A stretch of 64,000 nt of DNA from Octopus sinensis (lineage: Eukaryota), in NCBI RefSeq assembly GCF_006345805.1, contig NC_042997.1, positions 74,462,001-74,526,000 of the forward strand, written 5' to 3'. The translations under genes and the position numbers were made by a program. Below, one piece after another: positions 24,501-35,624 of this stretch. The notes under the pieces are model-generated. The model saw only the letters and a list, made by a program, of their open reading frames with translations. It did no database searches and was not told where the DNA came from. Position 1 is the stretch's first letter; the number at the start of each line of letters is the position of its first letter.

Positions 24501-25672
24501 ATGACCGCTGAACGGAGGCCTTGGAATGCCGTGGTTTCTGTTGCGCAGACCTGCGCTCAGGCTGCGGCATCTCAAGCGCTTCCTAGACGGTGAACAGGTG
24601 TGGTCGTCTTTTGTCAGACGCGATTTTCCGCAGCTCGTCTCTTTGATGGAGCTGCAGACCTGGATCAAACGTAGACCGAGAAAGGGCGCTTGGCACCTCG
24701 AGTGCCGTCAAGCCCTCTCTGCCCTCCGTCAGGTGGGCAATGCGATCGGTTACAGCTCCACTCTAGTGTTCTATAGAGGGTTAGTGGAGGAAAAATACGA
24801 CGACGTTCTCGGAGAAACTCTAGGCGTTGAAGATGACGAACTGAGCGGTCTGTTCGGGAGGACTTTCGGGCCGGGGCTGATGGATAATTTCCAGAGGTCG
24901 CTCGCCTGGCAGTGCTACCGAGGGGCTCTGCCTGTTCGAGATAAACTCTACCGGCACGGAAGTGCCGTCAGCCGGGCCTGCCCGAGGTGTTGCCAGGACG
25001 ACGAAACCGTTCTGCATGCACTCGTCCAGTGCCCGAGTATTGCTGAAATATGGGTTTATGTAGAACAGCTACTGTCACGTGTAGGACGGATCCGACTATC
25101 GGCCGAATCCATAGTGAAGATTGCCCCGCCAACCTCCTTTAACAAGGAGGGCGAGGCCGTTTTCTTGTGCCTAGTGGCTGTGGCGAAAGAGGTAGTGTGG
25201 TGGACTCGTTTGAAAGGGCTAAAGTCAGACACTTTCCTCTTTGGTCAAGGCCTCATCAACTTTTTCAAGTTTCACTTGAAAAGGAAGATGAGGTTAGAGA
25301 GGAAAGTGCTGTCCAATGGCAAGTTTTATGAAAGGTAGGTGAATTGTGCGAGACTGGCCAGTATAAATGGACCAGTTCTCAGGTTTCGCCTGTGATTTCA
25401 AAAAAGTAATACAAAAGGAGAAAAAAGGGACTCTCTACACCCCATTTTTGACCAGGCTCCCGTTGGCTTTTGTAGGGTTTTTTCCACCAGGAACCTTTCG
25501 AAACGTCTCCCCCTTTTGGGAGTTTTTCATTGTTAAATGTTTTAAATGTTATTAAGTTTTTACTCGATGTTTTTCAAAAACGGACAAAACCCTTTGTAAC
25601 CTTTCGTCCTGTATTGTCCCTTCATGTTTCAAATCATGCGTGTCAGCCCTTGTGGCCAATAAAAAAGAATTA
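21505..25672 (+). mobile_element. L1-Tx1 clade LINE (ORF1 remnant plus ORF2)
   Basis: ORF2 motifs; AATAAA and (TTA)n tail at 25658-25735; GC-rich relative to flanks. Confidence 0.9.
21970..25338 (+). pseudogene. Tx1 ORF2: APE endonuclease, RT, CCHC finger; few lesions
   Basis: GCLNVRGL, ISET, GDWNA, YLDR, TDH*, GYWKLN, SPGLDGLP, PITLLN, KAFDRVDH, QGCPLS, YADD, CPRC...ETVLHALVQC. Confidence 0.92.
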
Positions 25673-25733
<61 letters not shown>

Positions 25734-25749
25734 CTTGTGCTATTATTAA

Positions 25750-26200
25750 TATTCTTGGTAACCTTGTTTGTGGAATTATATTCAGAACTACTAATAATAT
25801 GACTGCTTACACCATTATTATTACAAGGTCTTCCAGATCTAGGCATAAAAGTAATTTTTTCCTTGTAATTAGCCCTATCGAGTGCCTCATTAGAGTACTG
25901 AGAATGTTGCCTAAAGATATTTTCATTGACTGATAGATAAAGAATTCAAGTGGAGACCCTTTTACAATAAAATTTATTGTACTTCTAGAGTGACTAGAGT
26001 AATGTTTTTCTTAAATATTATCATCCAGCTTGTGGCATGGGTAGATAACCCAGAGATAAGGTCCAAGGTGACATTGGAGAAGTTAGCTATATTAAGATTA
26101 TTTTCTACAGTAATACCTAGTTCATAAATGTGAAAAAATGTTCATAATCTCTTCTTAATTCTTTCAATAAATACTTTTAGTGTTAGGAGTTATAAACAAC
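25750..26200 (-). pseudogene. Degenerate Penelope-like RT fragment
   Basis: NLNIANFSNVTLDL and ALDRANY resemble PLE VNFLDVTLDL and AL..SGY motifs. Confidence 0.45.
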
Positions 26201-26829
26201 ACATCACCTTGGTACATACCACCTAAGAGATCAAGGAAACTATACTGTAAGCAGCACAATAAATATATTGTAAATGAGATTTGTGACTTGTACAGAGTCA
26301 CCAAATCCAATCATAATACTGAAATTATTAGTCCTGTTTTTTCTCATCCATAATTTCCCATCAAACTCAGTAGCTGAGTGTCTAACATTTCGAAAGATAC
26401 CAATATCCCTACATGTTAAAGAAGAATTTTTCATTGCAAAACTTAGAACCTTTATAGTAATACTGGAAATGGCTACCAATATTCGACTGTGAGAAACTGT
26501 AGCTAAATTTGCATTGAATATGCACAAACCAACCAATCATATCAGAAGTGTTGAACCACAGGTAAAAACTGAAATTATCAGAAATAGAGGGAATAATATA
26601 ACAGCAAATGGATACTGTGTCAATTCACAACAGCTATTTCCAATGAATTAATAATTGATTAATGGAGATATTATATCATTAGAAAAAAAAACGTTTTCAT
26701 CAGATAAATACATGAATCACAACATTTAGAAACATTCAAAAATTAACAGCATATACACCTTCATGATTCTACAAGACTTGGTGGTGCCTTGCCATTTAAG
26801 TACCTGGTTCACTTGAGCTCTAATCTTTT

Positions 26830-27086
<257 letters not shown>

Positions 27087-28250
27087 CATCATCATCATCA
27101 TCGTTTAACGTCCGCTTTCCTTGCTAGCATGGGTTGGACGAATGACTGAGGGCTGGCGAAGCAGATGGCCGCACCAGGCTTCAATCTTGATCTGGCAGAG
27201 TTTCTACAGCTGGATGCCCTACCTAACGCCAACTACTCTGAGAGTGTAGTGGGTGATTTTACGTGCCACCGGCAGGTGGTACTGGCAATGACCTCGTTCG
27301 AATCTTTTACACATGCCACCAGCAAAGGTGCCAGTAAGACGATGCTGGTAACGATCATGCTCGAATAGTGTCTTTTACGTGCCACCGGCACAGAGGCCAG
27401 ATACCCACTCTGGCAATGATCATGCTCGGATGGTGCTCTTTAAGGCATGCTCGAATGGTGCCTTTTAAGTGTCACTGGCACAGAAGCCGGTTAACCGCTC
27501 TTTTAATGATCACACTCGTATGGTGCTCTTTGCACCCCACTAGCATGGACGCCAGTTATCGAATTTGATTTTGATTTTTTATTTCACTTGCCTCAACAGG
27601 TCTTCGCAAGCAGAGTTTTAGTGTCCAAAGAAGGAAAAGGTATGCATAAGTGGGCTGGTAACGCCCCTGGCATAGGCCATGAGATTGTGGTCTCATTTGG
27701 CTTGCCGGGTCTTCTCATGCACAGCATATTTCCAAAAGTCTCGGTCACTAGTCATTTCTTCGGTGAGGCCCAAGGTTCGAAGGTCGTGCTTCACCACTTC
27801 ATCCCAGGTCTTCCTGGGTCTACCTCTTCCACAGGTTCCCTCAACCGCTAGGATGTGGCACTTTTTCACGCAGCTGTCCTCATCCATTCTTGCCACATGA
27901 CCATACCAGCGCAGTCGTCTCTCTTGCACACCACATCTAATGCTTCTTAGGTCCAACTTTTCTCTCAAGGTACTTACACTCTGTTGAGTATGCACACTGA
28001 CATTATACATCCATCGGATCATACTGGCTTCATTCCTTGCGAGCTTATGCATGTCCTCAATAGTCACAGCCCATGTTTCACTGCCGTGTAGCATGGCTGT
28101 TCATACACATGCATCATACAGTCTACCTTTTTACTCTGAGCAAAAGGCCTTTTGTCACCAGCAGAGGTAAAAACTCTCTGAACTTTGACCAAGCTAATCT
28201 TATTCTAGCAGCTACACTTTCAGCACACCCTCCTTCGCTACTGACTTTGT
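27087..28250 (-). mobile_element. RTE LINE 5'-truncated copy with repeat-rich 3' UTR and (GAT)n tail
   Basis: LHGSETW...RRLRWYGHVARM...GRGRPRKTW; (TA)n on both sides. Confidence 0.88.
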
Positions 28251-28251
28251 C

Positions 28252-28288
<37 letters not shown>

Positions 28289-28324
28289 TAGAGAGAGATA
28301 TATATATACATATATATATATATA

Positions 28325-28680
28325 TAAGAATTTTTTGCATAATGAGATAAAAAAACCAAGGCTGTGTAGATAGAACATTTATAGATAGGTCTTACAGCTG
28401 TTTCCAGGGTATTTATTACTTCACCGGAGACAGTGTGAGAAGATTGTTAAGTAATAGTTAGTTTAGATAGGATACAAAATAAAGAGTGAGGTTGAGGAAA
28501 GTAAACAGATATAAGATATGTAGAGATATTGAAGTTGTAGATCCATTTTTCAGGCAGAATGGTATATATGTAAGATATAATTAATAAATATCCTGGAAAA
28601 AGCTGTAAGACCTTCTATCTATAAATGTTCTAATATCTACACAGCCTTGGTTTTTTATCTCATTATGCAAAAAATTCTTA
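28325..28680. mobile_element. Fold-back element (about 92-98 bp arms), probable inverted PLE terminal repeats
   Basis: 28325-28416 is the reverse complement of 28583-28680; hammerhead-like motif in the left arm; spacer matches 32210-32290 in reverse. Confidence 0.75.
28389..28431 (-). ncRNA. Degenerate minimal hammerhead ribozyme motif
   Basis: Minus strand GTCT-CCGGTGA-stem II-GAAAC AGCT GTA-AGAC; 4-bp stem I and palindromic stem III; core departs from CUGANGA at positions 4 and 6. Confidence 0.5.
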
Positions 28681-28709
28681 TATACACACGCTGACATGTG
28701 ACCAACATT

Positions 28710-28810
28710 GAACCCATTATTCGCAAAATTACTGAACCTGGAACATAACTATGGTCTGTCTATAGCACTTATTCAGCATTAACTAACACCTTTGGGTTTC
28801 AATGACGCCA
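28710..28810 (+). pseudogene. Possible Merlin/ISXO2-like DDE transposase remnant
   Basis: IIRKITEPGT*LWSVYSTYSAL...GFQ resembles PII...PGT.I.SD.W.AY..L...G. Confidence 0.3.
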
Positions 28811-28854
28811 TTACCTCTTATAATGTCAAGATATATATATATATATACTTTATT

Positions 28855-29003
28855 TTTAAAAGCAGCAGAAATATAACAAAAGTTGTTACTCAGAGTTTCA
28901 CATTCCTGTTTGTCGGACAGTTTTGTTAAAAAAAAAACTGTCCGACGAACGGGAATGTGAAACTCTGAGTAACAGCTTTTGTTATATTTCTGCTGCTTTT
29001 AAA
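28855..29003. repeat. About 70-bp-arm near-perfect hairpin
   Basis: 28855-28924 is the reverse complement of 28935-29003 with few mismatches. Confidence 0.95.
28938..28975 (+). ncRNA. Minimal type I hammerhead ribozyme (U4C core variant)
   Basis: CTGT | CCGACGA | ACG-GGAA-TGT | GAAA | CT-CTG-AG | TA | ACAG: stems I, II (GNRA loop) and III all close; predicted cleavage after GUA at 28971. Confidence 0.7.
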
Positions 29004-29426
29004 TAAATCATATTACTCTACCTCTGGTATTTGAATACTCTTTTTTTCCACCTTGTTTCACATTTATGTGCTTACTCCAGTATATATATATATATATATA
29101 CATATAATTCCAAGAGAGTTAGAGGTCGTGAATCCAATCAACTAAGGGATAATATCTATCCAATATACTTCTGGTAGAAAACCCAATTATTAATACTCAA
29201 GTGTTTTTTCATTGCATGGTAATTACACTACTGAATGTAATAAATGGGTGAGGGTACAAAATTTTTTTCCCTTAATTTATACAGCAATAAGAAAATGGAG
29301 GGGATCAAGAGGTGGTATTTATCAACTTTTGGACAGTATATTATGTCTATTTATTTATTTTTTTAAATACCACTTACAACAATATACATACATGTATAAC
29401 ATATTATGCTTTACATATATAATATA

Positions 29427-31384
29427 CTAGCAGTATAGCCTAGCTTTACTTGGGATTAAGTTAGGATTATTAAGCTAATCAAGCTCTTTATTTCAAAGCA
29501 GACTAAGTAACATCGACGTCAAATTTGAGTGAAATCTGTTGAAATTGGCAAACTTTTGGCTGAAATTTTGCAGAAAATTTGATTGGGAAATCCCATAAGG
29601 AATCAGTTTATCGATTTTTTCCACTCATCGATTGTTTTTTTTTTTCGTTTTTGGGGAACTTAAAGCATTCAAAGATCCTATGAATCCTAAGTAATGCTGG
29701 CATCAAGTTTGAACAAAATACATCAAAATTCGTAGACGTTATTGTTGAAAATGGGGTGTAACCAATTTTAGTGGAAAGTCCTATAAGGAATCGGTTTATC
29801 GACTTTTTTGTCCTGATTAAATGGAAAACCCCATAAGGAATCAGTTTATTGATTTTTCACCCCAAATAGGACTTAACCAAACATTGCTGATTCAAAAACA
29901 TCTATATTTATACTTTAAAGTTGGTTTTCATACCCAACCCGGTTCTGCAGAATCAGTGTCGCGATGGAAGTGCATGGGTTGGGAGTTTGATCGGCAGAGG
30001 TGATCAGGTTGCATATGCCAACCCTTTTGGAAACACCACCCCCATCATGTAACCCCACTTTGCCCATGGGTTGAGAACCCTTCCAACAAGGAAAATAGAA
30101 CGTCCAAAATGGCCCCCGATCCTCTGTGTTAGAAGCGGTTATGCTCAGATCACAACTAAGTATATATATGGGCAACACACACACACACACACAAACATAT
30201 ACGTACATACACCTATTGCATACATGTTTTTGCATTCCTTTACCCCAGCCACTGTCCCACCACCACCTCCTACCCAAGTAATACCATCAATTGAAGCAAA
30301 TTTGGCACCCAGAAGTAAGTTTTGTAACAAGAATAGAGACGCCTACCTTCCCCTGCAGAGATGTGAGAATCATATCTCTCCTTTTGAAAGCATGAACAGT
30401 TTCGAAATTTTGTTTACAAAATAATAGCTGATGATTTGCAAAGGAGTGTGTCTACAGTCAACACATAGGTCTTTTGCTCTGGTAACCTCTGCTCTCTCCC
30501 ATATTCACATATAAGGGGTAAAGACCCCCTTCGGTCATGAGTCACCATGGGATTGCACCTAGAAAGTTACCGTCCTAGACACAAGTCCGGGCAAGGTTGT
30601 TTATGGAAGACCAGCAGTCGCCCATGCATACCAGCCTCCCCTCTCCATGCCACCAGTGGTTTCCAAGGGAAAGACAAAGGTCGATACAGCTTGGCACCAG
30701 TGACGTCGCAACTCATTTCTACAGCTGAGTGAACTGGAGCAACGTGAAATAAAGTGCCTTGCTCAAGAACACAACACGCAGCCCGGAATATATATGTTCA
30801 CATATAACCAGCTATATATCACTATGAGTAGAGCAACGGATTCAGCTAATTTGGGAATTAGTTGTGGAGAAACGGAGAATATCGTTTATATTGTGTATAT
30901 ATACGGGCAACACACACATTGCATACATGTGTTTTGTATGCATACATGCTCATGTGTATGCGTGTGTGACTGAAGCCATTCACACATACATACATACATA
31001 ACAATACCTGTCTGTCTGTTTTTGCCTGTCAATCACTCAGTAAAAAGACAAAATTTTAAAATCTGTTACCTCTCTCTCTCTCTCTCATTCTCTCTCCCTC
31101 TCCCCCCTCTCTTTGCACCGTCACTAGGAGGGGACTTAACTCATGTTTGGTTTGTAAACAATGGTGAATTTCTCCACTTTAAAAATTGTCTAAAGTTATG
31201 GCTCAAAATTATTTACCGCTATTCGCGGGTGCCTCGGGGGAAAATAATTTGACGAAAATACACCTAGGATCATGACGAATGTCCTCCTAAAATTTGAGTG
31301 ACATGCGTGCTAATTTGTGGATGTGCATAAACTACATTCATGTACACAAACACACACACACATCCTGCCTTATATATACACAGA
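29427..31384 (-). mobile_element. Non-autonomous Helitron-like element
   Basis: Minus-strand 5' A|TC and 3' hairpin followed by CTAG|T; homologous to 32349-33527. Confidence 0.65.
30510..30790 (+). mobile_element. SINE fragment nested in the Helitron
   Basis: GC-rich block ending gagcaacgtgaaataaagtgccttgctcaagaacacaac, similar to 1-228. Confidence 0.55.
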
Positions 31385-31438
31385 TAAAAATACCAGTAAT
31401 TATTAAAATATAAAACATAGAGCATAGAAAGTAGGATA

Positions 31439-31564
31439 GTCTCTTACAGCTGTTTCAGTCAAGAAACCTTAGTATCCTACTGTACTTCCATCCCTTCAGT
31501 GAACTTAAGTATTTGGTAGATAAGATTAAGGTACTTGAGTGTATCTCTGGGCTTCGTCAGAGAC
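31439..31564 (-). ncRNA. Hammerhead-like motif with extended stem II
   Basis: Minus strand gtct-CTGACGA (31560-31554)...about 97 nt...GAAACAGCTGTA-agag; canonical core; degenerate stem II base. Confidence 0.45.
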
Positions 31565-31894
31565 TTTAGAAAGTTCTTAAGGTTAAGTTATAAATACATA
31601 CATATAGACACACTTTCTTACTTATACATACATATACACAAATATACATAAACACATATATAATATGTATATGTATATGCATACAAAGGAATTATTATTA
31701 TTAGGTGTATTATATTATTCTTATTAGATAAAGTATAAACAGAGGAAGAAGAAAGTTATCAAAAAGAGAAATAATAGTGGAATTTAAAAGAGCAATATAT
31801 CTTAAGATTATTATAGTTATCTAGGAATGAAAAGGTATATGAGGAATACATATATATATATACACACACATACACACACACACACACACACATA

Positions 31895-31933
<39 letters not shown>

Positions 31934-31940
31934 ATATATA

Positions 31941-31981
<41 letters not shown>

Positions 31982-32348
31982 CGTACAAACATACGCATAG
32001 GTACATACATATTACGTGTGTTGAGAAGGGAGGATTATTGCAGTAGTTCATATTTTTCTTTTACATAATTATAAAAATTATACACAAACATATATATATA
32101 TCTTCATATAAACATGCGATATGTTTTCCATTGAGGGCTTTAGACAAAGGTCCACAATAACTGGGTTAGAGTTTATATTAATACTTGTGATGTTAGTTGG
32201 TACTAAAAGTAATAAATATCTCTACATATCTTATATCTGTTTACTTTCCTCGACCTCACTCTTTATTTTGTATCCTATCTAAACTAACTTATTATTTTCT
32301 GTTATTTTTAGTTTATCGAGTTCTTATTGCTGTGTGTATATATATATA

Positions 32349-33526
32349 TCTGTATCTATAAAAGGCAGGATGTGTGTGTGTGTGTATACGTAAATGTAAT
32401 TTATGCACATCCACAAATTAGCACACATAAGTTTTGTCAACTTATTTTTTTCCTGAAGCACCCACGGACAGTGGTAAAAATCTATTTTCAACCATAGCTT
32501 TTACCAATTTTGAAAGTTGCTAACATGAGTTAAGCAAAAGTGTGTGTGTGTGAGGGAGAGAGAAAAGTTGTGTGTTGATGTATGTGTGTGTGAAGGAGAG
32601 AGAGAATGTTTCACAACGTCTAACAAAAAAAGTAAAGAAAAAGTATGTGTAAGGGAGAGTGGGAGAGAGTTTGACAGCGTCTAACAAAAAAAAACCAAGG
32701 TAAAGAAAAGTGGGAGAGAGGCAGGGCGTCTAACAAAAAAAAAGGTAAAGACAAAGTGAGAGAGAAAGAGAGACAGTGGGAGAGTAAGTGACAGCGTTCA
32801 TAAAAAATAAAATGTAAAATGTTTTGTTTTTCTTAAACATGAGGTATAGTCTTCAAATTTAGGATGTTTTTGAAAGACACTATATCTTATTATCAGATTA
32901 TATATACTTTCTCACACAACAGTTAAAATATATTTATTTTAAATCATTTATTTATATTAAATTGTTCATCTTTCTCACCCCTCTCTCTCACACACATACA
33001 TTACTTTGGGCGTGAAAGAGTTTTGTTTTTATTTTACGCCGAGGAAAAAATGTTTTGTTGAGAATCCAGAAACAAAGAGGTAGGTAACAATTTGTCAGTG
33101 AATTACACAATATAAATGGTTACAATTTCTGAGGGTTCCACCACACCCCACTCTGTTTTTCAGACCACAAAAAAGGGTTTTGTAGCATATTAGGAGGCCA
33201 GAGTAGTTGATTCCATGCAAAAAACCCCGATTTTTTTTCTTAGTGAAAATCGTGCAAGTGTTAATCTACAAATTTAGCAACATTTTTCCATTCATTTCTG
33301 TTTATGAATATGTATACATGCACAAAACATATATGCAATAGGTGTACATACGTACGTGTGTGTATGAGTGTGTGTGTGTGTGTGCGCGTGTGTTGCCCAT
33401 ATAAACCAATTTCAATGGATTTCACCCAAATTTGACATCGATATTACTTAGTTTGGTTTGAAATAAAGAATTTGATTAGCTTAATAACCGTAACCTAATC
33501 CCAGGCAAAGCTGGGTTATACTGCTA

Positions 33527-33527
<1 letters not shown>
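32349..33527 (+). mobile_element. Non-autonomous Helitron-like element
   Basis: A|TCTGTATCTATAAAAGGCAGG 5' end; 3' cccaggcaaagctggg hairpin then CTAG|T. Confidence 0.7.
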
Positions 33528-33570
<43 letters not shown>

Positions 33571-33574
<4 letters not shown>

Positions 33575-33802
33575 AAATAAGCAACAAGAATAACTTCGGT
33601 AATTTGGTACGACATCTTTGTCTATATATCTACTTTCTCTATAATTGATATGAAAATGATGTATTAATGGAAAACCTCTATTAATGGCTGATTATTGCTC
33701 AACATTTTAAAACTGTTGTAATACTTACAACATTTAATAAAATGATGTAGTACGAAATGATCGTACCAAATCATCAGAGTCATTCTTGTTGCTTATTTTG
33801 AT
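33571..33802. mobile_element. Small fold-back/MITE with about 40-bp imperfect TIRs
   Basis: atcaaaataagcaacaagaat...gtacga vs tcgtacc...attcttgttgcttattttgat; TA flanks. Confidence 0.6.
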
Positions 33803-34232
33803 TATAATCACCCCATGGATTTATATGGATAACACCATACAAAATTCTGGTGCATTTAACTTAAGTACCATATTCATTTGAATCTAAAATTTGCTGAACT
33901 TATATGTATATATATAGACACAACACACACACACACATATATATAGGTAGGTAAATGGATATGTAGGTAAACAGATTGGTAAGTAGAAGTTTCTATACTG
34001 TTATCAGCTACCATATACAATCATACAGCAGGTTATACATTGAGCTGGATAAACATGGAACTGTGTATAGAATTTACATAAAAATGTATGCAAGAAGATG
34101 GAATAAACAGGCTTTAAATACAAATTTGTTTTTGTGCATTGGCAACAGCTGCAAGTTGCTGAATCTGTATAAGTACTGGTTTTTCACATTACATTTAAAT
34201 ACTATTCCTGTGTAAACAGTCATTCTTTAGAG

Positions 34233-34721
34233 CAGTGCTTCTCAAACTATCTGATGTGGTGTACTGGCATTTTTTCCCCTAATGTGCCAGGGACTGGTAA
34301 TATTTCTTAGTAATACTGGAAACAATATATATAATTACGGAGATGTACTTGCATCGTGTGCTGGATCGAAAACAATTGCAGCATGGAAGGTGTTTGCAAG
34401 CCATTTAAGAAACACACAAAAGCCATTCGATTCACTTCAACATTTAAGTTTAATTTGTCAAAATATTTTCGTCGCTATAAGACCGCGACCTGTTCACTGA
34501 CAAAAATCCGTGCTGCATCTCATATATATAATAAATATATATAATAAATATATTAAAAGTTGACATTTTTTTATATCTTATATTTATTTTGTAAACAAAT
34601 AATACAATATTACATAAGCATTTTATAATGTTTCTTTCTTTTCTGGAAACTTGCTGTGTACCAGTAGCTAATGGCTCGTGGACCAGCAACGGTCCATGGA
34701 CCATCACTTTGAATAGCACTG
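34233..34721. mobile_element. hAT (Charlie-like) MITE
   Basis: CAGTGCTTCTCAAA...TTTGAATAGCACTG ends; 8-bp TSD CTTTAGAG/CTCTAGAG. Confidence 0.8.
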
Positions 34722-35411
34722 CTCTAGAGGACTTGCATTCTTGTCCCTACAGTCACACCCTTTTATATTATTATTTGCAACCTCATTGTATTCTTTTCCC
34801 TACCTTCTTAATGTGTTTGTAAGTGCTGTTATTACTATTCCTACCTCAATTATTCACAACACCTGTGCTAATATTGATATCCATATTAAGACTTTCCAGA
34901 CAGGTTTAACTAAGCTACCCCACCCCAGCTTGACTGTATTCTCCACTCCATAGACCTAGACTATTATGGACGATATCTTCATAATCTAGTTTTACCATGT
35001 TTAGCTTTCTATTATTTAGCATGCGGATATGGTATTCTAGGTTATATGATGTCACATATGATAATTTCATCATATGCCTGTTAAAAATCTCATAATGCCT
35101 ACTAGATTTAGGAAAGTGTCTATATAATGTAGAGAAAATTTCACAAGTAATTTTGGATGCAACATGTAATCCAAATACTGGATTAAACCATAATGTCGCC
35201 TTTATCTAATTTAGTATTAAGTTTAGTGTAATGAATCTTGTTCTTTGTAGAATTATTTCAATTTAAATTAAAGGCAGTAAATTTGTACCTATTTCCCACA
35301 CCTTCCTTCTATCTTTATTATTATTATTTTTTAAAAATTTTATCTGACTATTACTTTCAGATTGGTACTTTAGGTTTTTATCCTTCCATAATGTTATCCT
35401 GACAATTCGCT

Positions 35412-35621
35412 TCATCTTTTTTGTTCATTAGTATACCTATTTTGCCAACTTTTCTCATTTATTTTATATCTATTTTTATATTTATTAGTTATCTTATTGT
35501 CAGGTGGGTATTTAATTTTGTCTTTATATCCAGAACTGGCCAGTGCCACGTTGTAATACCCTGTCTGTGAATTAAATTTTTTTTTGATTCGCCAACAACT
35601 TGGAAATCTTATTTGATGCAC
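35412..35621 (-). pseudogene. PLE thumb-domain remnant
   Basis: YYNVALASSGYKDKIKY matches the PLE Y..AL..SGY...Y motif. Confidence 0.55.
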
Positions 35622-35624
35622 TTT

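Noticed and set aside
27260-27560. CRISPR-like repeat array
   Set aside because: The units are degenerate and lack unique spacers; they lie in a eukaryotic LINE 3' UTR.
33745-33790. CTGATGA on the minus strand in the 33.6-kb fold-back
   Set aside because: There is no GAAA or NUH triplet at a suitable distance after the stem.
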